NCBI RefSeq assembly: GCF_009914755.1
Contig: NC_060926.1
Direction: 5' to 3' (one strand)
From: the human T2T-CHM13v2.0 reference genome, Homo sapiens
DNA: 64,000 nucleotides
Part shown: piece after piece, positions 45,701 to 59,074 of the stretch
How positions within the stretch are numbered: the first letter of the stretch is position 1
How the letters are laid out: each line of letters opens with the position of its first letter
Made by a program: the position numbers and the translations under genes
The notes under the pieces: generated by a model
Databases searched by the model: none
What the model saw: only the letters and a program-made list of their open reading frames with translations
Told to the model about the DNA's origin: nothing

Positions 45701-47189
45701 CGGAACAGCCGTCCACCACTGGGAGCATGAGCTGCATCCTGCCTTGGGGGGCCGCTTTGGTGGGAGTGTGCTGGGCAGAGAAGAAGGGAAGGACATCCAG
45801 GCAGAGGGGGCTCCTGGGCAAAGGCTCGAAGGTGCAGAGGTGAGAGGCATTTGGGAGCTGGTGAAGGCATTGGGGGTGGCCTCCTATTGGGGAGGAATGA
45901 AAGGGAAGGGCTCCTCTGGCAGGGGCCCCGTACTTTCCCGTGGGGACTTGAGTGGGGCTGGCTCTGCACCCCCACCCCTGCCCAGGGAGGGCTCCACTGT
46001 CCTGGGCTGACCAGAGAAGCAGTGGGTTCTGTCAGGAAGGGGAGGCTTCTTTAGCCCCGTTCATGAGGCAGCTGGGGGAGGAGGAGGAATGCAGTGGCAT
46101 CCCACAGAGTGGCCCCGGGCCACTGACCTGCCCTCTCTGCCCCATTTCCTCACCTGTGACACAGAGACCCACACACCCAAGCCTCTAATCTGCTTCTAAG
46201 AACATTGTGAGAGCCAGTGATGATCAGAGGACTGCTTATTGTAAAGCAAAAGCTCCAGAAGGCTGTAAGTGAACAGGCCTGGGACATGAGAGCTAAAGGG
46301 CCCTGGGCTATCTGAGTGTCCAGCCTTCATTTAACAGCAGAAGAAACAGACCCAAGGAAGTCAGAGAATGTGGCCAAGATGAGCCGATGAGTTCGGGCAA
46401 AGACAGAACCCTGCCTTCTCTCCTGCACCATGCTAGCTCCAGACTGGCAACCCTTTCTCACCTCTGCCTGCTTCATCCCAAAACATTTCTCCTCAGCCTG
46501 GGTGCTGAATGGGATCACACCATTAGAATGGTTTCTTGGACATGGTTACTACGCATGCCTTTCTTGGGGAGACTTTAACAGGGAATCAGTCACTCACACT
46601 TTAGTATGAATTAGTTTTATCAGCAGTTATTTAGCATTAGTAGCATGAGGATTTTAAAGAAAAGAGCAGAGAGAGGAATACCTGTGGACCTAGGAAGGAC
46701 AAGCTTGAATGGGCCCAAGACAGCTGCTACAGTATAAAGAGGAGATCTGGTTTCCAGTCCAGTTTCTAGAATGTATTCACTCTGAGCCCCAGAGCCCATC
46801 TCTATAAAATGGCAGCCATCAAGTACTTGAATCAGAAGTCCCTTCCAGGATGACATTCTGGTTTTCTCCACCGTAGGAGAGGGTCCCCAGAAGCGGACCA
46901 GGCTCAGGACAGGAAGGCCAGGCCTCTGGGCTCTTCATCTCATGGGCCAAGCCCTGTCACAGATCTCCACAAAGCCAAGGCTCCAGCAGGAGTCAGTCAC
47001 AGAGGAAAACGCTGCCTCCTCGGCAATGCAGGAGGTGGGCTGAGCCCCAGCCAACCCCATCTTCAGCTCTCAGCAGCCTCTGCCAAGCAGGAGGCCCTGA
47101 CTCTCCCGTGACAAACATAAATATTTGTTCCATCTGTGAGTCCTGACTTGGCTACAGAGCTCTGTCGTGTCCATTCTCTTTCTTTGGTA

Positions 47190-49045
47190 ACAGTACTTTA
47201 CTAAAGTGCAGGCTAATTAACATATAGTGAAGTACACAAATCCTAAGCTATAGCTTGATACATTTCTACAAATGCATACACCTGTAACCATCACTTGCAT
47301 CCAGATAATCAAAGGAACTTGCAACGGTGTAATTGTATTGATCTCTCTCTGCCTGTTGCACTAGTGTTATTATATATTTTACTTCCACATGCTTATTATT
47401 TTGCTTTAAATGGCCAAAAGTGTTTTTTAAAGTAAAAAACAAAAGATAATCTCTTATATTTTCCACATATTTACAATTCCTGGTCCTTTCTATTTCTTTT
47501 GGGTAGTCTGGGCTTCCATCTGAGATTCTCTCCCTTTGGCCTCAGAAATTCCTTTAGTACTATTTATAGTGTTGCAATGAATTCCTTAAGCTTTCGTTTG
47601 TCTAAAAATGCCTTAATTTGGCCTTTATTTTTGAATGACATTTTTATTGGATATAGACTTCTAAGCTCACAGAATTTTTCCTTGAGACCCTTTAAAGTGG
47701 TTCTTCAATTGTCTTCTAGCTGCCTTTGTTTCTAGTGAGAAATCAGCTACAATTCTTATTGTGTTTCCCCTAAATGTAACCTGATTGTATTTTCTGGATG
47801 ATTTTAAGATCTTTTTGCCTTTGTTTTCTAGCTTGATGATGATATCTCTAGGTATAGCCTTTCTTGTATTTATGTAGTTTAGGGTTATTTTTATTCTTGA
47901 ATCTGTGGGTTGACGTCTTTCATGAGTTTTATGAAGATGTGTTCAGTCATTCTCTCTTCAAATATTTAGTCAAGCTCCATTCTCATTCTCCTCTCCTTCT
48001 GGGACTCCAGTTATACATACAACATGCCATTTAATATATTGTTTGATAGCTTTTGATGCTCTATTACAAGGGTTGCCAAACTTTTCTAAAGGGCAAGACT
48101 TAATATAGGCTTTGCAGGCCATATGGTCTCTGTCACAACTACTCAGCTTTTCTGTAAACAATGTCTGGTATGTCTGGGATCCATAAAACTTTATTTACAA
48201 TAGCAGGCAGCAGGTCAAATTTGGTCCATGGGCCCACAGTTTGCTGACCCTTCCTCTGCTCTGTTGTTGTTAGTTTCTTTCCGTGCTTCCACTTGGAGAA
48301 CTTAGTTTGACCTGCCTTTGAGTTATTGATCCTTTCTTCTGCTTGTATCCAATCTGTTGTCAACCCTATGAAGTGAATACTTCATTTTAGATTCTGTATT
48401 TTTCAGATCTAGAGTTTACATTTGCTTGTTGTTAATAGACATTATTGTTTATTTCTTTGTTAATAGATTTTATTTTTCAGAGCTGTTTTAGGTTCACAGC
48501 AAAATTGAGCAGAAAGTACAGAGAGTTTCCTTATACCCTATGTCCCACACATACACAACCTCCCCTACTATCAACATTGCCCACCTGAGTGGTACTTTTC
48601 TTACAATTAAGTCCCATTCACATCATTATCAACCAAAGTCAATATTTAACATTAAGATTCACTCTTGGTGGCGTGCTTTCTATGGGTTTTGACAGAGGTA
48701 TAATGACATGTAGCCACCATTATAGTATCACACAGAGTAATTTCACTGCCCTAAAAATCCAGGATGCTCCATCTGTTCATCTCTCCCTCCCTCCTAACCT
48801 CTGTCAACCTGTGAACTCTTTGCTGTCTCCACAGTTTTTTCTTTTCCAGAAGATTGCACAGTTGAAGTCATACAGTATGTAGCCTTTTCAGATTGGCTTC
48901 TTTCATTGAATAATAGGCATTTAAGTTTCCTTCTTGTCTTTGCATGGCTTAAAAGCTCATGTGCTTTCTTTTCAGTGCTAAAGAGACTTTAGCACTAAAG
49001 TCTTTTAGTGCTGAATTCTTTCCTTTTTAGTGCTAAATAATATTC
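47190..49045 (-). mobile_element. Old L1M fragments (L1ME/L1MB-like)
   Basis: AT-rich L1-like sequence; L1MB-type 3' end 'ttttaggttcacagcaaaattgagcagaaagtacagagagtt' at ~48486. Confidence 0.65.
48067..48251. mobile_element. MER58A-like hAT DNA transposon
   Basis: TIR-like ends 'caagggttgccaaact' and 'agtttgctgaccc'; 'ggctttgcaggccatatggtctctgtcacaactactcagc'. Confidence 0.75.
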
Positions 49046-49047
49046 TT

Positions 49048-49351
49048 CGGTGGTGGCTCACACCTGTAATCCCAACACTTTGGGATGCCAAGACAGGTGG
49101 ATTGCTTGAGGCCAGGAGTTGGAGCCCAGCCTGGCCAAAATAATGAAACCTTGCCTCTACTAAAAATATAAAAATTAGCCGGGCGTGATGGGGTACATCT
49201 GTAATCCCAGCTACTCGGGAGGCTGAGACATGGGAATCACTTGAACCTGGGAGTGGAGGTTGCAGTGGGCAGACAATGCACCACTGCACTCGAGCCTGGG
49301 CAACAGAGGAAGACTCTGTCTCAAAAAGAAAGAAAAGAAAAAGGAAAAAAA
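49048..49351 (+). mobile_element. Alu SINE
   Basis: Dimeric Alu with A-rich tail. Confidence 0.92.
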
Positions 49352-49967
49352 GTTTTTGCCCAGACTAATGTCCTGGAGATTTTCCCCAATGATTTCTTGT
49401 AGTAGTTTCATAGTTAGAGGTTTTAGATTTAAGCCTCTAATCACTTTTGATTTCATTTTATATATGGCAAGAGATAGAGGTCTAGGATCTAGTTTCATTC
49501 TTCTGCATATGGATATCTAGTTTTCTCAGCACCATATATTGAAGAGACTGTCTTTTCCCCAGTGTATGTTCTGGGCACCTTTGTTAAAAATGAGTTCACT
49601 GTAGGTGTATGGATTTGTTTCTGGGTTCTCTATTCTGTTTCATTGGTCTATGTGTCTGTTATTATGCCAGTACCATGCTGTTTTGGTTACTATAGCTCTG
49701 TAGTATAATTTGAAGTCAAGTAGTATGATTCCTCGAGGTTTGTTCTCTTTGCTTAGGAAAGTTTTGACTATACTGGGTCTTTTAAGGTTCCACATAAATT
49801 TTAGGGTTGTTTTTTCTATTTATGAGAAGAATGCCATTAGTATTTTGATGGGGATTGCATTGAATCTGTAGATTGCTTTGAGTATTATGGACATTTTAAC
49901 GATATTTATTCTTCCAATCCATGAACCTGGAATATCATTTCATTTTTTTATGTCCTCTTCAATTTTT

Positions 49968-50265
<298 letters not shown>

Positions 50266-51075
50266 TAGAATTTTTTTGTTTATTCTTTTCAGATTTTCTG
50301 CATAGACAAACATGTCATCCACAAACAGAGAGTATATTTTTTCTTCCTTTCCAATTGGTATACCTTTTATTTCTCTTTCTTGTATTATCACATTAGCTAA
50401 GACTTTTGAACAGTGTTGAAAAAGAGTGGTGAGAGGAGACATCCTTGCTTTGTTCCTGATCTTAGCAGGAAAGCTGTTTCTCACCGTTAAGTACAATGTT
50501 AGCTGTAGGTTTTTTGCAGATATTCTTTATCAAGTTGAGGAAGTTTCTCTCTAGTACTAGTTTACTGAGAGTTTTTTATCATGGGTGTCGTATTTTTTCA
50601 AATGTGGTTTCTGCTCTATTGATATAATCATGTGATTTTTCTTCTTTAGCCTGTTGATGTGATAAATTATATATCTAACTAAGTTTTGAATATTAAACCC
50701 ACTTTGCATACCTGGGATAAATCCCTCTTGGTCTTGGTGTATAATTCTTTGTTTACATTGTTAGATTCTATTTGCTAAAATTTTGTTGAGGAATTTTGCA
50801 TCTATGTTCATCAGAGATATTGGTCCCGTAGTTTTATTTTCTTATAATGGCTTTGTGTGATTTGGTATTAGGGTAATGCTGGCCTCATAGGATGAGTTAG
50901 GAAGTGTTCTCTCTGATTATATTTTCTGGAAGAGACTGTAGAATATTGATATAATTTCTTCCTTGAATTTTTGGTAGAATTCACCAGTGAATCTATCTGG
51001 GCCTGGTACTTTATGTTTTGAAAGGTTATTAATTATTGGCTTGGTTTCTTTAACACAGATAGACCTGTTCGGATT

Positions 51076-51386
<311 letters not shown>

Positions 51387-52667
51387 TAGATTGTCTATTT
51401 CTTCTTGAATGAATTTTGACAGAATGTATATTTCAAGGAATTTTTCCATTTCACCTAGGTTATCAGATTTGTGGGCATCAAGTTTTTCATAATAGTCCTT
51501 TATGATCCTTTCAGTGTCCATAAAAGGCCATTAGTGATGTCACCCTTTCATTTTTCATATTAGTAATTTGTGTCTTCCCTCTTTTTTTCTTAGCCTGGCT
51601 GGAGGCTTATCAGTTTCACCTACCTTCAAATAAACAGATTTTGATTTTGCTGATTTTCTCTACTGATTTCCTGTTTTCAATTCATTGATATCTATTCTAA
51701 TTTTTATTATTTACTTTCTTCTGCTTACTTTGGATTTAATTTACTCTTTTTTCTACTTTCCTAAGGCGGAAGCTTAGATTACTGATCTTCGATATTCTTT
51801 TCTAATATAGAATCTAATAATCACTTTAATTCATTCAATGTTATAAATTTCCCCCAATCACTGCTTTTGCTACATCCCACACATTTTTATTAGTTGTATT
51901 TTCATTTCCATTAGTTCAAAACATTGCTTAATTTCTCTATGTTTCTTCTTTGACCCAGATATTACTCAGAAGTGTATTGTTCAATCTCCAGATATTTTGA
52001 TGGCTTCCAGCTATCTTCCTTTTATTGATTTGAGGTTTAATTCTGTTGTGGTCTGACAGCAGATAGTATATGATGTATATTCTTTAAATTTATTAAGGTG
52101 TGTTTCATGGCCTAAAATGTGGTATCTTGGTGAATGTTCCATGTGAGCTTGAGAAGAATGTGTAATTTTCTGTTGTTGGATGAAGTAGTCTATAGATGTC
52201 CATTTTATCCAGTTGATTGCTGGTGTTGTTGAGTTCAACTGTGTTCTTACTGATTTTCTGCTTGTTCCGTCTGCCGATTTCTGATCAACGAGTGTTGAAG
52301 TCTTCAGCTTTAGTAGTGGATTCATCTGTTTCTCCTTGCAGTTCTGTCAATTTTTCCCTTACATATTTCTATGCTCTGTTGTTAGGTGCATACACACATT
52401 CAGGATTGTTATGTCTTCTTGGAGAACTGACTCCTTTTTCTTACGTAATGCCCCTCTTTATCTCTGGTAACTTTCCTTGCTCTTTAAGTCTGCTCTGCCT
52501 GAATTAATACAGATATTCTGGGGGGTGTTTTAGTTAAATATTTGTATGGTGTATCTTTCTCCATCACTTTAATTTTAATCTAGATGCATCTTTATATTTA
52601 GAATGGGTTTCTTGTAGACTACATATAGCTGGGTCTGGTTTTTTTAATCTACTCTGATAATCTCTTT

Positions 52668-53690
52668 TATTTTATTTTTCTTTCCACCTTTTATATTAGG
52701 TTCAACGGGTACATGTGAAGGTTTATTATTACGTGGGTAAATTCATGTCATGGGAGTTTGGTGTACAGGACATTTTGTCACCCAGGTAATAAGCAGATTA
52801 CCCAATAGGTAGTTTTTCAATCTTCACCCTCCTCCCAGCCTCCACCCTTAAGTAGCCCCCGGATGTCTGTTGTTCCCTTCTATGTGTCTGTGTATACTCA
52901 GTGTTTAGCTCCCATTGATAAGTGAGAACATGCAGTATTTGGTTTTCTGTTTCTGTGTTAATTCACTTAAGATGATGGCCTCCAGCTCTATCCATGTTGC
53001 TGCAAAGGACATTGATTACATTCTTTTATATGGCTCTGTGGTATTCCATAGTGTATATATAGTCTATCATTGATGGGCATCTAGGTTGATTCCATGTCTT
53101 TGCTATTGTGAATAGTGCTGCGATGAACATATGCCTGCATGTGTCTTTACAGTAGAATGGTTTACATAACCTTGGGTATACACCCAGGAATGGAATTGCT
53201 GGGTTGAATGGTAGTTCTGTTTTAAGTTCTTTGATAAATCTCCAGACTACTTTCCACAGTGGCTGAACTAATTTATGTTCTGACCAGCAGTGTATAAGCA
53301 TTCTCTTTCCTCCACAACCTCTCCAGCATCTGTTATTTTTTGACTTTTTAATAATAGCCATTCTGAGTGGTATGAGATGGTATCTCATTGTGGTTTTGAT
53401 TTGATTATCGATATTGAGTATTTTTTCTATGCTTGTTGCCAGTGCAGATGTCTTTTGAGAAGTGTCTGTTCATCGCTTCTCGGCCTTTTGGCTAAGATCA
53501 AGTGAGAAGTGTCTGTTCATGTTCTTTGCCCATTTTTTAATGGGGTTGTTTGTTTTTTGCTTGTGGGTTTAAGTTCCATATAGATTCAAGACATTAGATT
53601 TTTGTTAGATGCATAGGCTGTAAACATTTTCTTTCATTCTATGGGTTGTCTGTTTACCCTGTTGATAGTTTCTTTTGCTTTGCAGAATCT
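52668..53690 (-). mobile_element. 5'-truncated older L1PA (L1PA13-16-like) 3' end
   Basis: ORF 53026..53388 is the ORF2 C-terminus (RCWRGCG…HCW…FIAALFTIAKTWNQPRCPS); 3'UTR 'gggtacatgtgaaggttt'. Confidence 0.85.
53472..53504 (+). pseudogene. 3'-truncated (tailless) U2 snRNA retropseudogene, U2 nt 1-33
   Basis: ATCGCTTCTCGGCCTTTTGGCTAAGATCAAGTG is the U2 5' end; 15-bp TSD GAGAAGTGTCTGTTC at 53457-53471 and 53504-53518. Confidence 0.93.
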
Positions 53691-53885
53691 CTGTCTTAGT
53701 ATATTTACACCATTGGCATTCAAAATTATTATTGACATAGATTAATATCTACCATACCCGTTACTGTTTTTCTATTTGTTGCCTTGTTATTTGTTCCTCT
53801 ATTTTTCCTCCCACTCTTTTTCTGCCTTTTGTGGTTTTTAATTGAGCATTTTATATGACCAAAAAATAAATAGTCAGCATATTTC

Positions 53886-54238
53886 TGCTATGGTCTGAAT
53901 ATGTTCCCCCAAAATTCATATGTTGAAATGTAACCACCAATATGATAAGAAATGAGGCCCTTAGGAGGTGATTAAGTCATGAGGGTGGAGCCCTCAATAA
54001 TGGATTAGTGCTTTAACAAAATAGGTGAGAGGGGGCTATTCATCTTTTCCACCACGCAAGGACACAGCAGGAAGGTACCACCTTGGAAGCAGAGAGTGAG
54101 CCCTTATCAGACACCAAATCTGCTCTTCCCTTGATCTTAGACTTCCCAGCCTCCAGAACTATGAAAAATAAATTTGTATTATTTATAAATTATGCAGTCT
54201 GAGGTATTTTGTTATAGCAGCCCAAGCGCACTAAGACA
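53886..54238 (+). mobile_element. MLT1A/MST-type MaLR LTR
   Basis: Starts 'tgctatggtctgaatatgttccccc'; ends 'ttgttatagcagccca...ctaagaca'. Confidence 0.8.
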
Positions 54239-57200
54239 ACTTCCTTTTTAAAAAAAATACTTTTCTTCTTATTTTTTTCACTTGTTTCAGTATTTTCCCT
54301 AGATTTGCAGTATACGTCTACAACTAATGCAAATCCATCTTCAAATACCAAATACTACTTCATGGGTTGTACCAAGTATCTTATAATAACAAAATAATCC
54401 CAATTCCTGCCTCCTGCCTCTTATGTCTGCTCTCATTTATTTTACTCATACATAAGCATACTTAAGTATATGTTTCTATGTGTATAATATACATATACGA
54501 TTAAATAATTGAATATATTGTTGCTATTATTATTTTGAACAAACTGTTACCTGTTAGATCAATTCAGAATAAAAAAAAAACACTTTCTATTTTATCCTCC
54601 CTCATTCCTTCTTCAGTGCTCTCTTTCTTTATATAGATCCAAGTTTCTGACTTACATGTTTTTCTTTTTCTTTGAAGAACTTTCAATATTTCTTACAAGG
54701 CACGTGTACTGACAATAAATTTCCTCAATTTTCGTTTGTCTGAGAAAGTCTGTATTTCTTCTTCACAGAGAGTTGTGGATGGAGCCCCTGCATCGCAGGA
54801 TGAGAGGCCAGACCAGAGCAAGGCAGAGGATGCCATGTTCCTTCTCACCAACACGTGCTCCTCTCAAGCTGCCAACGGGGCGGCTGCACAACCAGAGTTC
54901 CAAATTACAAGCATGTTTTCTGGGAGGGGCCACAAGGTAGACAACCCCCCACCTCCGGCAGCTGCCCAGGCCCTAAGCCCTGGAGTCCTGGCTCGGGCTA
55001 TTACTGACCATCCCTGTGATCCTGGGCAAGAGGTCTATCTGCAGGGGAGGAGGTGCTGAACTAACACACTTGTGCGTAACTCAGGTGGCCCAGGTGGGCC
55101 TGCATCTCCAGGCCTTTCCAGGCAAAAGGTAAGAGTATTGGCTTGTGCGGCTCCCGTGACCCACACAAGGTCGTACCTTGGTGCCTTGCCATGAGCAGGC
55201 AGTCCTGCGAGTGCCACACTTCTTCCAAGGCCTGAGGTTTGGACAGCCTGGGTGCTCACTCTTTGCTGATCACTTCACAAAGCTATCAGATCCATCCCGC
55301 CTTGGTAATAGCTCTTCTCTCAAGGATGTCCTTCCAGCCTGCAAAATGCAAGGCTCCAAGCCTGTGTCCTGGCCAGGCCGGGGTCCAGTCTTGGACTCAT
55401 ACTTACCCCAGCCCACGGCTAGTCTGCAAGGGGACAAAATGGAGAGAGGGCCAAGACACCTGCCTGTCCCCCAGGACCTCTTTGCTTGGCCAGCTGAGGT
55501 CATCAGGTCATCGATTGGAAGGCCAGCTCTCCTCTCCACCTCCCATTCTGGCAGCACTTCACAGTTTACAAAGGAAGCTTCTCCACTCCCAAGAGTGTAA
55601 CTGACCTCATAACTTCCTTAGAGAGGAGGGAAGCTGCTTGCCCAAGACCACACCACTTATAAGGAACAGGCAGGGACAGGGACTCACATCTCCTGTCTCT
55701 CCGAGCCCAGTGTAGCTTACACAGCTGCCCTCCCTCCCACCCCACTCATGGGCAGCTCTCAGGCTGCCTTAGGTGGCCAGGAAGCCCACCTGCCTCTTCC
55801 CCTAGTCCTGGGAGGGCCACCACATCCTGGGGTCAACATCCAATGAATTTGGCAGGCACTGTGCAGTGTCACTTTAATTAGGAGGCTGATGAGATGGAGG
55901 CTGCCATAGCTTTAGCAGTGGACTTTTCCTTAGTCCTGCAGACCCTCCCTACTCCAGCTCAGCCCAAGGCAGAGCCTGCTCGGTCAGCCACTGGCCTCCA
56001 GCCTGGCAGTGTCAGGAGGAGGGGAAGTCAGGCCTGGCGCCGGGGCTGGCCAGCCAGGGGCCAAGGACTGCAGAGCTGCTCACGTCCGCACATATCTAAG
56101 CATCCACATCCCATGACCTGCTTCCAAGGGCCAAGGCCCCCACCCCTCCACTGGGGACAGCTGCCTTCTGTGCTCAGCCAGAGGTGGCCCAAAAATTCTG
56201 GCTGGCCTAGCCTCGTGCCCCAACCTCAGCAGAGAGGCATGCAGAAGGCCACGTCTGCCAAGCCCTCCCAGGCCCTGCCCTACCCCAGGAGTGCATAGTC
56301 AGAGGCCATGCACATTCAAATCCTGACCCCTGGACACTGCTGCCCCATCTGGGCTCCTGCCACCCCCAATCCCTGCAAGACCCTAGGGAGAGAGGCTCAC
56401 CCTCCCTCTCTAGCCTCAGAGCCATTCCCCACTTCCTCCCTCTTCCTTCCTTAGTGCCTGAGTTAGGCGCATGCCTGTCACCACCCACACTGACCTCCAG
56501 GCCCCATGAGGGGCCACTAACATAATTTATGTTCATTTTCTCTTCATCTCTCTTCCCATGGATGTCCTTGAATACACGTGCATCCTCAAAACTGTCTAGT
56601 AGCCAAAACCGGGGATAATGGATGAGCACGAGTTCTAACCCAGCAGTCACAAAGGCCTCCAGAAGGGCCTCGCTCCCAGGAGCCATAGGATTTGGGGCTC
56701 ATGGCCATCATATCTAGATTCCAGGAGAGGAAGCTGCCCTGATACCCAGGGATGCTGCAGCAGGTGCAGGCGCTGTTGGGATATTGCTCACCAAGTCCCA
56801 GCCACGGGGTAAGGGAGAAATGCCCTCTGCCCCCGGGTTGTCTGCGCTGTTTCTGAGTCCAGCTCTGGCTTGACCGCATGAATCACACATCACGTCCCTG
56901 ACCGGGTACCCTGTAGCCACCCTCAAGCAGCCATCTCTCCTGAAAGTGCAGGACACCCCCTGGGTTCCACCCCATCATCCCGCCCTTGCTTCTTGCTTGT
57001 GAGAGTTCTCACCGTGTGTGTGTGTCTGCCTTTGTCCTGTGCTGTGGGTTTTGTAGACCACCCTGGATGCCCTCTGGCTGGGTTTGATAGATCCTCTCAG
57101 CAAGCCTCATGCTTTGCACTGTCACAGTGGCGCCCTTTCCACCAGCCTGAATATGCCAGGGGGCGTCTACCATGTCTGAACAAACAAATGAACAAATGAA

Positions 57201-57744
57201 CAGACCACGGTGTGAGCCTGAGAAGTGGTAGGGGCAGCCTCTGGCCAGCAGGCCCCTCCAGGCGGTCGTGGAGAGTGGGCACCTCCTCCAGGCCCAGGGC
57301 CTCCCTCCCTGGCAGCCGGGGCCACCTGCACTGCTTTGGCTAATCCGGCAAACCCTAAGGGAGGCCCAGAGGTGGAGCAGCGACCACAGCAGCCTGCCCT
57401 GAGGACCCCGCTCTGGTTTGCCGCTGCCTGCAACCAGCCAGGGGCTGCTGGGCTGGAGGAGGCAAGGAGGAGGGCGAGCCTAAAGGTGCACTCAGCAGGG
57501 GCTTCATGAAGAACGAGGGACTGAGGTGGGCCTTGGGGTATAGGTGGGGTTTAGACGATGGACGTGTGGAATGGAGGAGAAAGGGGAGAAGCTTCTAGTT
57601 ACAGGCAATTGTGTGTGCACAGGCCCAGCACAGGGGAAGCTCAAGCCACCAGGGAGTGGCCCTGAGTCTGTTTTTGGAGTGTCTAGATGTGGGAAGAGGA
57701 GGTGCAGGTGCTGAGGCTGCAAAGGCAGGAAGACCCCTGGGGGA

Positions 57745-58009
57745 CAGTGCCAGGCGCCCAGCTAGGCTGGGCAACCCAGACTCTCCTTTTGGTATGAGGC
57801 CAAGTTTCACCCCTGAGCAGCCAGGAAGAGAGTGGAGCCAGGCACTTTCTCAGGACAGGAAGCATTGCTGACCGCCAGTGCCAGGCGCCCAGCTAGGCTG
57901 GGCAACCCAGACTCTCCTTTTGGTATGAGGCCAAGTTTCACCCCTGAGCAGCCAGGAAGAGAGTGGAGCCAGGCACTTTCTCAGGACAGGAAGCATTGCT
58001 GACCGCCAG
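57745..58009. repeat. Perfect 131-bp tandem duplication
   Basis: 57745-57875 equals 57876-58006, followed by the shared CAG. Confidence 0.97.
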
Positions 58010-59074
58010 CAATGCAGGCCTGGGCTGCAGAGGGAGGGCTGGGACTGAGGGGCAGGGGTGGGGATGGTGATGGCAGAGGCCCCAGAAGAGGGTCTGACTG
58101 CCCATGGGAAGAATCAAGTGGATGTGGGAAAGCAACCAAAGAGAGACCCTGGGAACCCGTCATGCAAGGGGCAGAAGGTGAGAGAGATGGAGATGTGGTC
58201 AGGAGGCCAAAGAAACAGGCAGGGATGCCCAGTGAAGAGGGGTTCCTGGAAGCAGAAAGGGCAGCATCTCCATGGGGCTGCTGAGAGGCCCTGGGGTTTG
58301 GAGATTGGAGGTCACTGTGGGCAGCGGGGGTGGCTGATGACGCAGACCGCGCTTCTCTCTGTGAGGATGGACGGGGGCAGAGGAAAGGGAAGGGCTCTGT
58401 TTGCCTGCCTGGATCAAAGAGGCCAGGTCTGCTTGAGATGAGGAGCGAGGCATCAGAAAGGCAGAGAGGCAGGAGGGACCAAGGAGAGTTCACAGGGAAG
58501 CCCAAGGGCCAGGGCCAAGGGATGGAGGGACGGGCCGTCCAGGTGCTGGGCTGCTGGGTAGCTGGGCCCTCCCCACTTCCTCCTCACCCAGCTCCACCTC
58601 TGGGGATCCAGGCCTTCCACAGCTGCAGGGGAGTACCTGGATACCACCCATCAGGCTTTATGTCCCTGCAAGTAGGTGGGGGGCACAGGCAGAAGTCACC
58701 TGGGGGAAGGTTCGATATCAGGCCTGGGACAGGCTGCAGGGCTCCACAGGCCTGAGCTCCAGAGCCGCTGCCCCAGGATGCGCAGAACCCAGTGCGAGCT
58801 CAGATCCTGTGGTCAGTCTGTTCATTCATTTATTCACTGACTCATTCACTCTTCATTTCCCAGCTCAGCCTGCCCCATGCACTGGGCTCTATGCTGGGAT
58901 GGGGCCCTTGAGGAGCCACAGTCTGGTGGACACATAGGCCTGTAACCAAATCCTGGCCACAGAGGGTGATGATGCTGCAGGAACCCAGGGTGGCTCAGAG
59001 TGGAGCAGACAGACCATCCGCCAGCAGACGAAAAGGGGCTGGAATCTCCTTGGTGAGCTATGCTCTTGCAATGC

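Noticed and set aside
53472-53504. Functional U2 snRNA gene
   Set aside because: Only 33 nt of U2; no Sm site or snRNA promoter; flanked by a TSD
57745-58009. Direct repeats as a CRISPR-like array
   Set aside because: Only two abutting copies, no spacers, no cas genes, primate DNA
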